A stretch of DNA of 63,543 nt, the filler included, from Octopus bimaculoides (lineage: Eukaryota), in assembly GCF_001194135.2 (NCBI RefSeq). It is 6 parts of 5 records of this genome, joined end to end, with 100 filler letters (N's around TTAATTAATTAA, not from the genome) between each part and the next. Parts side by side here need not be neighbours in the genome. Positions count along the whole stretch, not along the records: positions 51,440 to 59,664 come from NC_068998.1; positions 59,765 to 62,423 come from NC_068991.1; positions 62,524 to 63,543 come from NW_026335231.1; 3 more parts are not named here. One strand, 5' to 3'. Both the position numbers and the translations under genes were made by a program. Positions within the stretch are counted from its first letter, which is position 1. Each line of letters opens with the position of its first letter. Under the pieces are notes generated by a model. The model was not told where the DNA came from. It saw only the letters and a program-made list of their open reading frames with translations, and ran no database searches. Below, one piece after another: positions 51,563-63,543 of the stretch.

Positions 51563-52033
51563 GCATGCAGATGTGTGTGCGCGTGTGTACGTGTACTTTC
51601 CTTCAGAAATTAAAAATATTAACGTTTAAGATGATAGAAATAGGATTGCGGTAGACATTACTGGCAAGTATGAAGTTTAAAAATTCTTGTTGAAAAATAT
51701 TGGTTTTAAATTTTAGCACAAGGCCAGCAATTTCAGGGTTAGAGGTAAGTTGATTACATCGACCCCCGAAAACAGGTGGTACTTATTTTATTTACTGAGA
51801 AAGGATGAAAGGCAAAGTCGACCTCAGCGGAATTTGAACTCAGATCGTCAAGAAATACGAAATGCCGCCTAGCATCCTGCCAGCACCCCGCCTTATTTTG
51901 GTTTAAAACAAAAATATTAAAAATTGACTGAAGCGTTCAAACTTTAAATGGAAAGACTATTATTGTTCGATGTGTGTACACCCAAATACATCCATCTTAA
52001 GTGCGCATATCATGGGATTTCAAAATGCAATTT

Positions 52034-54022
52034 TTAAAAATCATCAGCTGACCCTTTGGCATTTTCATCGGGTTCAAATGAACCAGAGTGGACGACTACT
52101 TCAGAGTTTAGATCAACCCTCGAGTATGGTTTATTTGAATGGGTTATTACAGCAGAAGCACCTTGAATAGGGGTCAGTAGCGGCGGCTTCTCCTCCTCTT
52201 GAAAATCTCCAGATAAGGTGGGATAGGAAATTATTCTCGCCTGTTCTTTGTCTTTTCGGATTCTCGCCTCTTCAGAAATATCTAACGATGCAACAGATTC
52301 CGACGATATCGATATATCGTCATCGATTTCTTCAATACGAGGGTTATGTTGCCCTACGTTCGTATCGATAAGAACGGACGGAAATATAAATTGGGAGAAA
52401 GAAAAATTGAATGCTTGCGGTAGTTCTTCAAAATTTGAAGAACCAGGTTGATATGTCCCACAAAGTTCCGTATTATCATCTACCGAAGCTTGCTGGTGAG
52501 ACTGAGCTAATAAATCTAGCGATCTTTCATTAGATTTCGATTCTGAAGAAACCTTGTGTTGCAAGGTCTGAACATTTAAACTTTCCTCAACGGTCGGATT
52601 TTGATCCTTTAGAGTAATAGAGCTCGTTACGGGGTTGGGCATGTCAGGTTCTTGGCGGAGGATATCTGTATTAACTCCAGGTTGTCCTTCACTAGAACTG
52701 CTATACTTTAATTCCCAAAGTCGTAAACTGTCCATAACTTGATCCACTTCATCATACATTTCAGAAAAGGGTTTGGAAATCGAATCATCGCTTTCAAGGG
52801 ATGCGATCGAAGGAGCATAACAAGATGGGGTCGGTTGCCAATAGATTTTTACGTCTTCCCACTTAATAGGGGTTTTTGATTGGGCGATCGATCGTTCTAA
52901 AGCGGCAAAATATTTCCGATTTCTCCTCCCATAAATGAAAGGTAAATTATTGAAATCGACGATCATTAGAGATTTGGTGCCTGAGCGGTTTCGTAAAGGT
53001 ACCATGATGGAAGTTGCAGCTGCCGCCGCCGCCGCAGTTGGACGGTTGCTGTTCAGGTCTATCTTGACTGTTGTTTCTCTGAATCCCTCCAGTTGCCGAA
53101 ATCTAGCTGCGCAGAAAACTTCATCTGTTTGGGTCGCAGCATCAACATTTTCTAGAACTATATCTGCGATCGTTTGCAATTCCACCTCACTTAATGTATC
53201 GTTAATAGATTCACGAATACCTGTTTGGCGAGTAAGAGTGTCCTTAATTTCTGTACGAAAGGCTAGGCCCTTTCGTAAATACATTTTGCAAACATCGTTT
53301 CTTCCATAATAAGGGTTACGGACTTTGGTAATGGCTCCCGCTCTAGTTACTTTGGCTCGCGAATCTACATCACGTAAAATAAATTTATATTTTGATGTAT
53401 AATTATCAACTGAACTCCACAGAGTGTCAACTAAAACTGCCTTTGAGGTTGTCTTTATTTCACTTATATCGTTTTTCTGAACTACGAGTTCCGAATTTTT
53501 AGTGTAATCATGATTTCTAACAAAGACCCTTTTTGACGAGATGGCTGGCTCCATATGTTTTCTGGGCCCCAAACTGCTTTCAGGCACCGCTTTTGACCAG
53601 ACAACTAGATCCGTATCCTTACTGGGCTCTAAATTTCTCTCAGACACCACTTTTGAGGAGACAACTAATTCGGTTTCTTCAGTGTGGTCCCCATTTTTTT
53701 CCGGGGTTTCTTTTGACGGGGATGTAGAAAAATGGCTGGAAATTGCCGGTTTTCTTCTACTTACATCATATTTTGTTTCCCCAAGTTCTTTCGTAACTTC
53801 GGTGGAATCCACAATTTCTACAGGTGAGTCCTCCTCCGAAGAAACAGAAATATGACTTGACAAACTTGGTGGGGCTTCAAAGAAGATTGGCTTTCTTTCA
53901 TTCTCTTCCTCCTCCGTTAACGGTACCAATGATGGAACATCATTTACTTCATCTTCTTTAGCGTTATCCTTCTCCTCGTGGGCTGTTACTGACGAAATAC
54001 CATTGTTAAGGCGTGCGGCCAT
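52034..54022 (-). CDS. Uncharacterised 662-aa acidic/Ser-rich protein encoded in one large exon
   Basis: A ~2-kb stop-free ORF in unique sequence with higher GC than the flanks. Strong acceptor TCTTTTCTTTCGCTTCTTGCAG|ACAAAAATG puts the exon start at 54028 with the ATG at 54022. No recognisable domain. Confidence 0.85.
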   Translation of the reverse strand: MAARLNNGISSVTAHEEKDNAKEDEVNDVPSLVPLTEEEENERKPIFFEAPPSLSSHISVSSEEDSPVEIVDSTEVTKELGETKYDVSRRKPAISSHFSTSPSKETPEKNGDHTEETELVVSSKVVSERNLEPSKDTDLVVWSKAVPESSLGPRKHMEPAISSKRVFVRNHDYTKNSELVVQKNDISEIKTTSKAVLVDTLWSSVDNYTSKYKFILRDVDSRAKVTRAGAITKVRNPYYGRNDVCKMYLRKGLAFRTEIKDTLTRQTGIRESINDTLSEVELQTIADIVLENVDAATQTDEVFCAARFRQLEGFRETTVKIDLNSNRPTAAAAAAATSIMVPLRNRSGTKSLMIVDFNNLPFIYGRRNRKYFAALERSIAQSKTPIKWEDVKIYWQPTPSCYAPSIASLESDDSISKPFSEMYDEVDQVMDSLRLWELKYSSSSEGQPGVNTDILRQEPDMPNPVTSSITLKDQNPTVEESLNVQTLQHKVSSESKSNERSLDLLAQSHQQASVDDNTELCGTYQPGSSNFEELPQAFNFSFSQFIFPSVLIDTNVGQHNPRIEEIDDDISISSESVASLDISEEARIRKDKEQARIISYPTLSGDFQEEEKPPLLTPIQGASAVITHSNKPYSRVDLNSEVVVHSGSFEPDENAKGSADDF

Positions 54023-55724
54023 TTTTGTCTGCAAGAAGCGAAAGAAAAGACACGGTACAGGAGCTCTTTGTCGTGTAAGGAAGAAAACAGCTTCTGTTCG
54101 AACACGTGACTCTTAAATACGACTACCTCTCCCCGCCACCAGACAATTTTGTAAAGAATCATGGGAAGAATTACAACAAAGTTTGTCTCTTTTATCAATT
54201 GCACACAGACTGAAAAAAAAATATTTATTAAAATCGATAAATTATAATACAAAATGGAAATAAGCATATTTTATGTGTTCACGGCTGTGATTTGGAAGTC
54301 GAGCGTGAAAGGAGTAATGACAGCTCAAGCTGCTATGCAGGGGGACCGAACCCGAAATCGTGAGCTTTTGAACCTAAAGGTACACATGTGTGTGTGTGTG
54401 TGTGTGTTATTTTCACGTAGTTTGCGTGGCGCTGCAAAGGATCACGGGATTTGTGGAGAACGTCTTTTCTTGTATTTTTTTTAACACCAGTATCACCATT
54501 GCTACCGTGATGCTTTGCAATGAAATTAAAAGCGCGCGAAATCACGCCTATTTATTATTTGAGTTGGCGGTTCCACTGCTGCAACTAAAAACGATATATT
54601 ATTCTCTCTTTTTTTTTTACGCAAACAGACCGCTGTTGGATAGAAAACGGAGTACTCTTGGATATCCTGCTGTCTTTAATGAAGATTGTTTGAAGGTGAA
54701 AGCTATTTCCTTGTATTAAAGAGAAACAAGACGGAACATGTTGTACATTGATATTACATTGGAGCTATGGAGAAAATTATTCCAACGCCAAATGGTCTCG
54801 CCCACATTGGATGTTGAAACACAAAAAAAAAAAAAATTGATGTTCGATAATGAAATGATTTGGAAAGGAAAACGCCGTAAGTGATAAACTTTCATTACAT
54901 AAAAGAATCAATATTAAACCAATATCGATGCCTAACTATAAATTCCGTTATGTTACTATTTATTTACGTAACACGGAAAATAATCAGAAACTCAGTTTGT
55001 TGTTAGCCACACACTAAAATATTATATTCAATCTCTCTCGACTCCTAGTCAGTCCTCAGCCAAATATTAACCCACGCCCCAAATGTTGCCACAACTCGTT
55101 GCTCCCTTAACGATTTGACCAAAACTTGAACTACCTGTCACTAGGGACACGATGGCAAAACTAAAAATTAGGACTGTAAATTCGAAGGAAATTTGAAATA
55201 TCTTCAGAGATACGTAACCTAATACGCAGAGTTCATGCTTCGCACTCCTGGGATCCTAGTTGTGTATGCTTCCTTTAACGTCCGTGTTTTGCTATATTAA
55301 CCTGGAGCAGTCATTTAAAACCTGACTGCATGGAGCAAACGAAATTCGTTGAAGCAAATTTTGAAAGATTTTTTTTTTCTCGTTTCCGACCTTTTGCTTT
55401 TTAAGTAATTTTTTTTCTCGGAATCTAAGAAATCGGAGCCGCTTTCACAAAGAATAATATTACCGCTCTTTATGTTTATTCAACTCTCACACACTGCATA
55501 ACTAAGAATTGGTGTATCCCACTGCTGATTCTTTTACCCACAACCTTCTCTAAAATATTTAATGAAATTTTTCCTGAGCTAGGTTTTCACTGGGACATTT
55601 TTTTTTTTTTATTTTTTTTTTTTTATAATATCTCCGTTCCTCTTTTATTGAAAAGTTTGCCAATATAAAACTTAAAGGTACGGAAATCTGTATTCAATAA
55701 TTGTGTACCCATTTTTCCACATAC

Positions 55725-55819
55725 TTCACCCTCCTTTACATAAGGAAATCGTTTTTCCACATTTCTTTCAGGGAATTTTCCTGGCCAAAACGAGATGGAA
55801 AGTGACAAGTCCAGCTCAC
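55725..55819 (-). other. Candidate upstream exon of the 662-aa gene (95 nt)
   Basis: Acceptor CTTTTTCTTTTTACAG|GT.., donor GAA|GTATGT. The frame ELDLSLSISFWPGKFPERNVEKRFPYVKEGE ends in phase 0, compatible with ACA AAA ATG of the big exon. Confidence 0.35.
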
Positions 55820-58189
55820 CTGTAAAAAGAAAAAGTTACGGATGTTCCTTCCTTTCCCACCCACCCCTATAAAAATAAAAAGACCCACTTTTTACTTAAT
55901 ATTAAACTTATCGAAGGCGGTGAGCTGGTAGAATCGTTAGTACGCCGGGCGAAATGCTTAGCGATATTTCGTCTGTCTTTACGTTCTGGGTTCAAACTCA
56001 GCCGAGGTCGACTTTGCCTTTTATCCTTTCGAAGTCGATAAATTAAGTACCAGTTGCGTACTGAGGTCGATCTAATCGACTGGCTTCTCTCAAAATTTTT
56101 GGGCCTTGTTCCTAGAATAGAATATAAAATACATCGCAAATTTTGCCGATTATGTGACACAAGGCTGGAACATGTGCAGCAGAAGGATTGGGTGACTCAG
56201 TACAGTTAATTAGGCCTGGTAATTAACTTATTTAATCGGATAGGAGTTAATTACAGGTATCGGTTTATGTGAGAGGGAGGTATAGATGGAAAGAGCGTGG
56301 GGGTTTTGTCCCACTGGCACTCTTCAACCTTTTTTTCCTAGGGGAGACCGGGTCTAGTTGTTACATTTATTCATTTTTTAATTTTTTTTTTGCCTGTGAA
56401 GTAACTTGGAAGGAATTCATCACAAAAGTCATCACTGTTGAAGGGCCAGGTGCCACTGACTGTGTCGCTTCGACATATTCAGCCATATTTAAATTTATGT
56501 AAATATTTTACGTTTTGTCAGGCATATATAATGCAGTTCGAAACGGAATGGTACTGAAACGATTGTAAAAAATATTAAATTTGGTTTATGTGGTTTCTTC
56601 TTTGGTTTGACATAGGTGACCTCGGTGTAGTGTGCTATCATTGCACCAACAGTGTACAATTCGTCTTGTCTGATTCTGATTCTCTGGTCTTGAATTGGGT
56701 TTAGCCTACCTATTCCACCGTTCTTGGAGATATTTTATACTGCTTAGATAACGATGAGAGGATCTTCTTTACGTCTGGTTGAACGGAATCTTATGTCGTA
56801 TCTAATCAGTCGGTCTTTTGTAACTCGCTCTTCATAAGATGACTTTTGAACCTTAGCTTTCATTAGAACTGACTTCAACAGACTATGGCTGAACTTTCAT
56901 TTTCCACCATTGGCGTAGTTAGTGTGTTTGTCTTCGAGGTCGTGGTTTCGATTCTCAGTCTGGGTGATGCAGTGTGTTCCTTAAACACTTCCTCATTGCT
57001 CTAATTTACTAGGCTGCAAATGAGTAACCTCAGCCATAGTGGTTTCCTATACAGAGGCATTGTTGTGATCTCGGTCGCCAACACAAAATAACGGGGTAAC
57101 TGGCCCTATGATCCCAAGGACTCTGCACACTATTTACTAATTTCTTGTCTCTATGTAAATGTATTGCATGGTTTATTTGCCTATCCTACAAATTTGCTTT
57201 AACTTTTGAATTTACTTTCACTTTTTGGTGTCGGTAGGTTTTTTTCCTTTGAAATTCGGGCCGAATGCAGTTATTGTAAGCTCTTTATTTTACTTTTGTG
57301 TCAAAACTTCAATCAATCTACAGCGCTTTTCATTGTCATAATAACCAGATAGTTGTGGGCGCCGTATTATTTGTCTCGCAAGGATCTTGTGAGAACATGG
57401 TTGTTCCTGACGGGGTAATAAATATTGAAAAATGTAACCTTCCCACACTTTTTGGATGGTAAACTGATTTGAGGGAGTTTACTTCGATCAGGCTTACTGG
57501 AGACAGATTTTTACTTTGAGTTGAATGATCAACTTTATATTTTAAAAAATGGCAGTAAAATATAACTATCTGGCATATCTCAATTTCTCATGATCCGAGT
57601 ATGACCTGATACTGTCAGTGGTGATCATTAAGTTGAAATGTGGTGGTGGTTTGCAGCGATTTACAACGAAAATATCCAGTGAAAGTAGTCGGTGTATCCC
57701 AGTGGTAATCCACATGAAATGCTGGTATGTGGATGAGAAGAGGTCCTGAAAGAGTAGGAAATTCAGTCGGGTTCAAATTGGGTAACCACGTGAACGTATT
57801 ATAGTTCAAATATATTGAAAAACAAGTGTATTAGAAAATGAAAGTCTTACATTTCGAGCCTACTCTCTTCAACAGAAAGGAATAAGAGAATATTCCGAGA
57901 GTCAAATTAATACTTATTCATACACCTGTCTTCGTCTTTTGTTCTTCTATAAATTTCAATTAAGGTGGTTAGCTAATAAAATCGTTACCGCACGCCGAGC
58001 AATGGTTAGCTGCATTTTTTTCCAGCTGTACGGTCTGAGTTCTAAATTTCGCCGAGGTATGTTTTTTCCCATTCAGCTTTTCTGGATCAATAAAACATGT
58101 ATGAACCAAGTTCTGGGAGGTCGATATAATAGACTACCCCTACCTTCTATTTCCAATATTCGAGACGTTGTTTTTATAGAAAAAGTATT

Positions 58190-59520
58190 AAGGTGGTCAG
58201 TTAGCAGAATCGTTAACGTATCGGACAAAATTCTTATCGGTATTTCTGGTTCTTTCTATTCCGAGTTCAAATCCCAGAATCAACTGTACCTTTCAATCTA
58301 TCGAGGTTAAGTGCTGGGATTAGCATTTAATCTTAAGCTGTTCATAGAACACATGTATTCCGCTGTAGGATATTAATGAGGTCAAAGATTTTTACCTTAG
58401 CTTATGCAAGGTGTACCAGGTAAGTCGGTTGCTTTCATAGCCTTCGGTTAATCACGGATAAAAATGGCCCACTGTCAAGGGTGATTATTAAGGTGATGAG
58501 CTAGAAAAACAGTTAGCACCACGGACAAAATGCTTAACGACATTTCGTCCGGTTTTTTCAGTTCAGATGCGACCGAGTTCGATTTTTGCCGTACCTTTTG
58601 GGATCGATGTAATAAACTCGTCCGCTGCCCTGAAATTTCTACCCTCGTGCCCAGAGTAGAATTAATAAGGTCACGTGCTGGAAAAATCGGTTGTACAACG
58701 GACAAAAATGTTTGACAGCATTTTTTTCCGGTTATTTACGTCTCGAGTTCAAATTCCGCCGAGGCCAGCTTTTGGGTTTTCTCCTGTTGTAGTCAAATAA
58801 GTACCACTCGAGGGTTGGTGCTTATGTGAACCACTTACCCCTCGTCTAAAAATTGTTAGCCTCGTGCCCGAACTTGTAAGCATTTCTGATGCGGTGAGCT
58901 GACAGAATCGTTAGCGCATCTGACAAACTGTTTGGCGCAATTTCTTCCGGTTCTTCATGTTCGAATCTCACCGAACATCTTCCCTTTCATGCTTTCAACG
59001 AAGATCGATAAAATAAAATGCCAGCCAAGTGTCGAGATCGATTTAATTGACCCCTTTCCCTAAAATTGCAGGCATTGTGCCAAAACTGACAAAATCACTG
59101 AGCGTAAATAGAAAGCAAGTGTTAGGAAGTGTTCTGACTCCATACGTTCTGAGTTCGAAATTCGCCGGCGTCAATGTTTCCTTTTAATTCCTTTGGGGGT
59201 CGACAAAATGAGTATCAGTCAAGAATGGAATCGATGTGATAGTTACTCTCTCCCCTAAAAAAAAAAAAAATGCTGGCCTTGTGCCCAAATCGGAAGCCAT
59301 TATTATTCATCGTAATTTAAGGCGGCGAGCTGGCAGAATCGTAAGCACGCTGGACGGAATGCTTAGCGGTATTTCGCTCGTCGCTACGTTCTGAGTTCAA
59401 ATTCCACCTAAGTCGACTTTGCTTTTCATCCTTTCTGGAACGATAAAGTACCAGTGAAACACTGGGGCCCAATGTAATCGATTAGTCCCCTCCTCCGAAA
59501 TTTCAAGGTTTTGTGCCTTC
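58190..59520 (+). mobile_element. Six head-to-tail SINE family B copies of graded divergence
   Basis: Heads or head remnants at ~58190, 58490, 58665, 58888, 59110 and 59319, all in the same orientation. Confidence 0.8.
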
Positions 59521-59764
59521 AGTAAAAATTATTCATCGTAATTGTGGTGGTCGCGATTATTAATGACGATTATTATTATAATGCTGTTTTTATAGTGATA
59601 GTATTGCTATTTTAATACTTGTTTTAATGTTAGTTTTAATGCTATAATGTAATAGTGGTGTTGGNNNNNNNNNNNNNNNNNNNNNNNNNNNNNNNNNNNN
59701 NNNNNNNNTTAATTAATTAANNNNNNNNNNNNNNNNNNNNNNNNNNNNNNNNNNNNNNNNNNNN

Positions 59765-59997
59765 CCTGTCAAAGGCTTTCTCCATGTCAACGAAAGCCAG
59801 GTACAGAGGTTTATCCTTAGCTAGGTATTTCTCCTGCAACTGTCTCACTAGAAATAAGGCATCAGTAGTGCTTTTACCTGGCACGAACCCAAACTGCATC
59901 TCATCTAAATTGATTCGCTCCCTAATTAGTTGGGCTATGACCCTCTCTGTAACTTTCATAACCTGATCTAACAGCTTGATGCCTCTGTAATTATTTG

Positions 59998-60000
<3 letters not shown>
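59765..60000 (-). mobile_element. RTE LINE RT fragment
   Basis: NYRGIKLLDQVMKVTERVIAQLIRERINLDEMQFGFVPGKSTTDALFLVRQLQEKYLAKDKPLYLAFVDMEKAFDR. Confidence 0.93.
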
Positions 60001-60034
<34 letters not shown>

Positions 60035-60035
<1 letters not shown>

Positions 60036-60315
60036 ACATCATTATCATCATCCGTTTTCCATGCTGACATGGGTTGGATGGTTTGACTAGAGCTGGCCAT
60101 CCAGGGATCTGTCCAGACTCCAATTGCCAATCACTTTACAGAATGTGGTGGGTGCCTTTTACATGCCGCTGGCACAGATGCATTTACACAGCACCAGCAT
60201 GAGTGCATTTTACATAGCACTGGCACCTGTAAAGGACAAGCCCAAATGAATGGATGACAACGGTCTTACTTCTCAAGTACCACATATTACCATAACTCCT
60301 GGGGCCCCTTGTCAT

Positions 60316-60320
<5 letters not shown>
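60035..60320 (-). mobile_element. RTE-type 3' tail or RTE-tailed SINE
   Basis: (CAT)n CCGTTTTCCATGCTGACATGGGTTGGATGGTTTGAC, as at 23165. Confidence 0.65.
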
Positions 60321-60357
<37 letters not shown>

Positions 60358-60496
60358 TGTGTGTGTGTGTGTGTATCACACACACACACACACACATATA
60401 TANNNNNNNNNNNNNNNNNNNNNNNNNNNNNNNNNNNNNNNNNNNNNNNNNNNNNNNNNNNNNNNNNNNNNNNNNNNNNNNNNNNNNNNNNNNNNN

Positions 60497-60530
<34 letters not shown>

Positions 60531-62269
60531 AGGGACTTGGAGTTGTGGCAATGTTGATTTTCTGCAAAAATTGAATTAAATTTCACCAGTTCCAGTTTGT
60601 TTCACACTTACTTCCTGGAATATTTACTTCCATAGATATTGATATATAATCTGCATACTATATATGCAATGTCATACAAAGTATATGTTATAATAGAAAA
60701 TGAACAAGCACAGATACAAAACCAACAATAGATAAATAAGTAATTACATACAAACAAAAAAGAGTTGCACACACACACACACAATTACATGGATACACAC
60801 ATACATGTGAGGAAAAATTAAACACTGAGAATGCGTTTGGGTATATAGGTGAATATGAGCATATGTATTTGTAATACAAACTAATATAGGGAAAATAAAA
60901 AATAATAGCAATCAATACAGAGAAAATACAAACTAATATTGAGAAAACAAACACAGAACCACAGACAATAGAGAGTTACATACACATGTGAACAGAATAA
61001 AGGAGTATGGGTATATGTGTGTATATATGTGCCTGTGTGTACAATGTCTTACACAGAGGAAAAAGCACAAAATAAAGACAAATACATATAGAGGCACACT
61101 AGAAGAGTAGGTACAAAGCTGGTTTTGTAGGAAAGGGAAGGAGGTAAATTGGATTCATGCAATCCCAATATATTATTGGCACTTATTGACCACAGAGTCA
61201 ATAAGTACCAATAAATGTTTTACCACACAATGATAAAAAACTGATTATCAAGTCAGAAATGTGAAACTTCCAAACCATACACAGCAAAGACAGCCAACTT
61301 CATTAGAAGCCAAGAAGTCTCTACATCACTGATTGAACTGCTAGAAATAGCAACAAAATCCCCCACAAATTACATGTTACAGTCTTAAAAAAGGAAGTGC
61401 ATATTGGATAATGTAATCCTAGATGCATTGTCTAAAGAAAAGATGGGATGATCATGGCTAGAATGCTTTTGATCAGAGATCTATTTGAGCTAAGCAACAG
61501 TAACAATAGCAACAACTGCCATCTTTAAAGCTATTAGCCATTGCATGTCAGAGTCTGCAGTGTGATCCTCAGCTAGACAGAAGCATGGTATGTCTGGAAC
61601 AATGGATGTGCAGGTTGCACCTAGTTATTTAGACAAAGCCTCTGTTGCAAAGATTTCTACTCAATCAGAGCTGGCCTGGGGCTATACAGTAACAACAACA
61701 ACGACAACAACAAAAACAACAGCAGCAGCAGTATCTGCAGCCATCTTTGTCGAACTTGCTACTATATGAATGATAATAATAATATCAATGAATATTGATG
61801 ACACAAGATATATTCTGGATAAGGCAACAACACACAAATACAGACACACTCACACACAGACTACACTACATACATACATGTAATATAAACTAACAGAGAA
61901 GTAAGTATACACATACACACATACTCAGACACAGACAGAAACTCCACAAATACAGACACAAGTCATTTCATCAGAGTGAAATGGTTGGAATAGGAAGTGC
62001 TTTCATCGACAAACCATTACGATCAATCAGTGTAAAATAATCAATAACAAATATTAGAGGCTGGGTAGCCAGCAGCATATTGATTTATTACTATAGTGAG
62101 CTACAGTGATGCACATTCCATTACAGTGAAGCAGATGAGATCATTGACAATACACTTTAGAAAACTCACTACAGTGATATCTATTTATCTGTGCGTGTAT
62201 ATGTGTGAGTCAGTGTGCATGTGTGTGTGTGTATGTATGTATATATGTACATATGTATGTATCTATCCA

Positions 62270-62336
<67 letters not shown>

Positions 62337-63543
62337 AAATAGTAAATGAGTATATGCATATATACGTACAGGTATGTGCGTACCGACATCCACCTGTATG
62401 TATAGGTGCATATCTGGGTACAGNNNNNNNNNNNNNNNNNNNNNNNNNNNNNNNNNNNNNNNNNNNNTTAATTAATTAANNNNNNNNNNNNNNNNNNNNN
62501 NNNNNNNNNNNNNNNNNNNNNNNCTTTAGTCGAGCAAATCGACCCCAGGACTTATTCTTTGTAAGCTTAGTATCATTCTATCGGTCCCTTTTGCCGAACT
62601 GCTAAGTTACAGGGGCGTAAACACACCAGCATCGGTTGTCAAATGATGTTGGGAGGACAAAGACAGATATACAAACATATACACACACATATATATATGC
62701 ATATATGACGGGCTTCTTTCAGTTTCCGTCTACCAAATTCACTCACAAGGCTTTGGTCGGCCCGAGGCTATAGTAGAACACACTTGCCCAAGGTGCCATG
62801 CAGTGGGACTGAACCTGGAACCATGTGGTTGGTAACCAAGCTATTTACCCCACGGACACTCCCGTGCCTAAGCAGAATAATATTTTCCAGTAGCATTCTG
62901 TCATACGAAAATGAAGTCATGCATATACAAAAATGAGACCTGATCATGAATTTGTTGCCAAAATAGGAGGCTAGATAAAAACAATTTGTGAATTCAACCA
63001 AAAAATTAAAAAAGAAAAAAAAAAAGAAAAAATAACCCCCCCCCCATTTACTCATGGACATCCACAAACACAAATAAGCTAGACATAACACATAAGGTCT
63101 ACCACAAAAATCAAATGAACCTACGATATAAAGACGAAAAAAGACTTCTGAAGAGGATAATCAAATAATATTACAGTGCAACAAATCTAATAAGAATTTA
63201 AAATTAGTTGTGTACAAAACAACAAAATTCCGATATCTGTCTTTCTTTCACATAACAACACATATACCAACGCTAACACCAACTTCAAAAAAAACCCGTC
63301 ATCCATCTATGTAATATAATATTTTTAAATGACAGAATACACAGCTTGAAAACACATTTAAACAATGTATGTGAAAGCAACAATTTATCTGCATTTAACA
63401 GTCTTTAACTGCAAGGAAACACAGACAAAAGTTGCTAAAATAGTTTAATTCAACAGCAGAGGCAAGAAGTTTTGAATCTATCGTGCTGAATATTAAAAAT
63501 TTGGGGAAAACATGCACATGTCTTAATAGGTGACTAACAATGC

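Noticed and set aside
52248-53855. + strand ORFs overlapping the 662-aa gene
   Set aside because: Antisense shadow frames of a real coding sequence.

Overview
AT-rich, microsatellite-dense animal genomic scaffold with many N gaps. It is very likely an octopus: the tRNA-derived SINE families and RTE/Penelope/Tx1 relics match what is known for Octopus, but this is inferred from repeat content only. Four non-TE or possibly domesticated coding regions are supportable. (1) A divergent, short-tailed histone H1-like ORF (13874-14224, +) followed by a perfect histone 3' stem-loop. (2) An intronless mitochondrial ribosomal protein L30 ORF (18293-17616, -) with a long C-terminal extension. (3) A complete THAP zinc-finger domain packaged between a splice acceptor and a donor (24718-25014, +), possibly the end of a spliced transcript running head-to-head with MRPL30. 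(4) A 662-aa acidic/Ser-rich orphan ORF in one giant exon (54022-52034, -) with internal 60-bp repeats. The rest is decayed LINEs (R4/Dong, L1/Tx1, RTE, Penelope), dozens of SINEs (including a Russian-doll SINE-in-SINE-in-SINE), simple repeats and an unusual number of local fold-back inverted repeats. Most long ORFs in the supplied track are artefacts of N gaps and microsatellites. No CRISPR, rRNA or true tRNA gene is supported. TE boundaries are approximate and all family calls are from motif recognition, not database searches.
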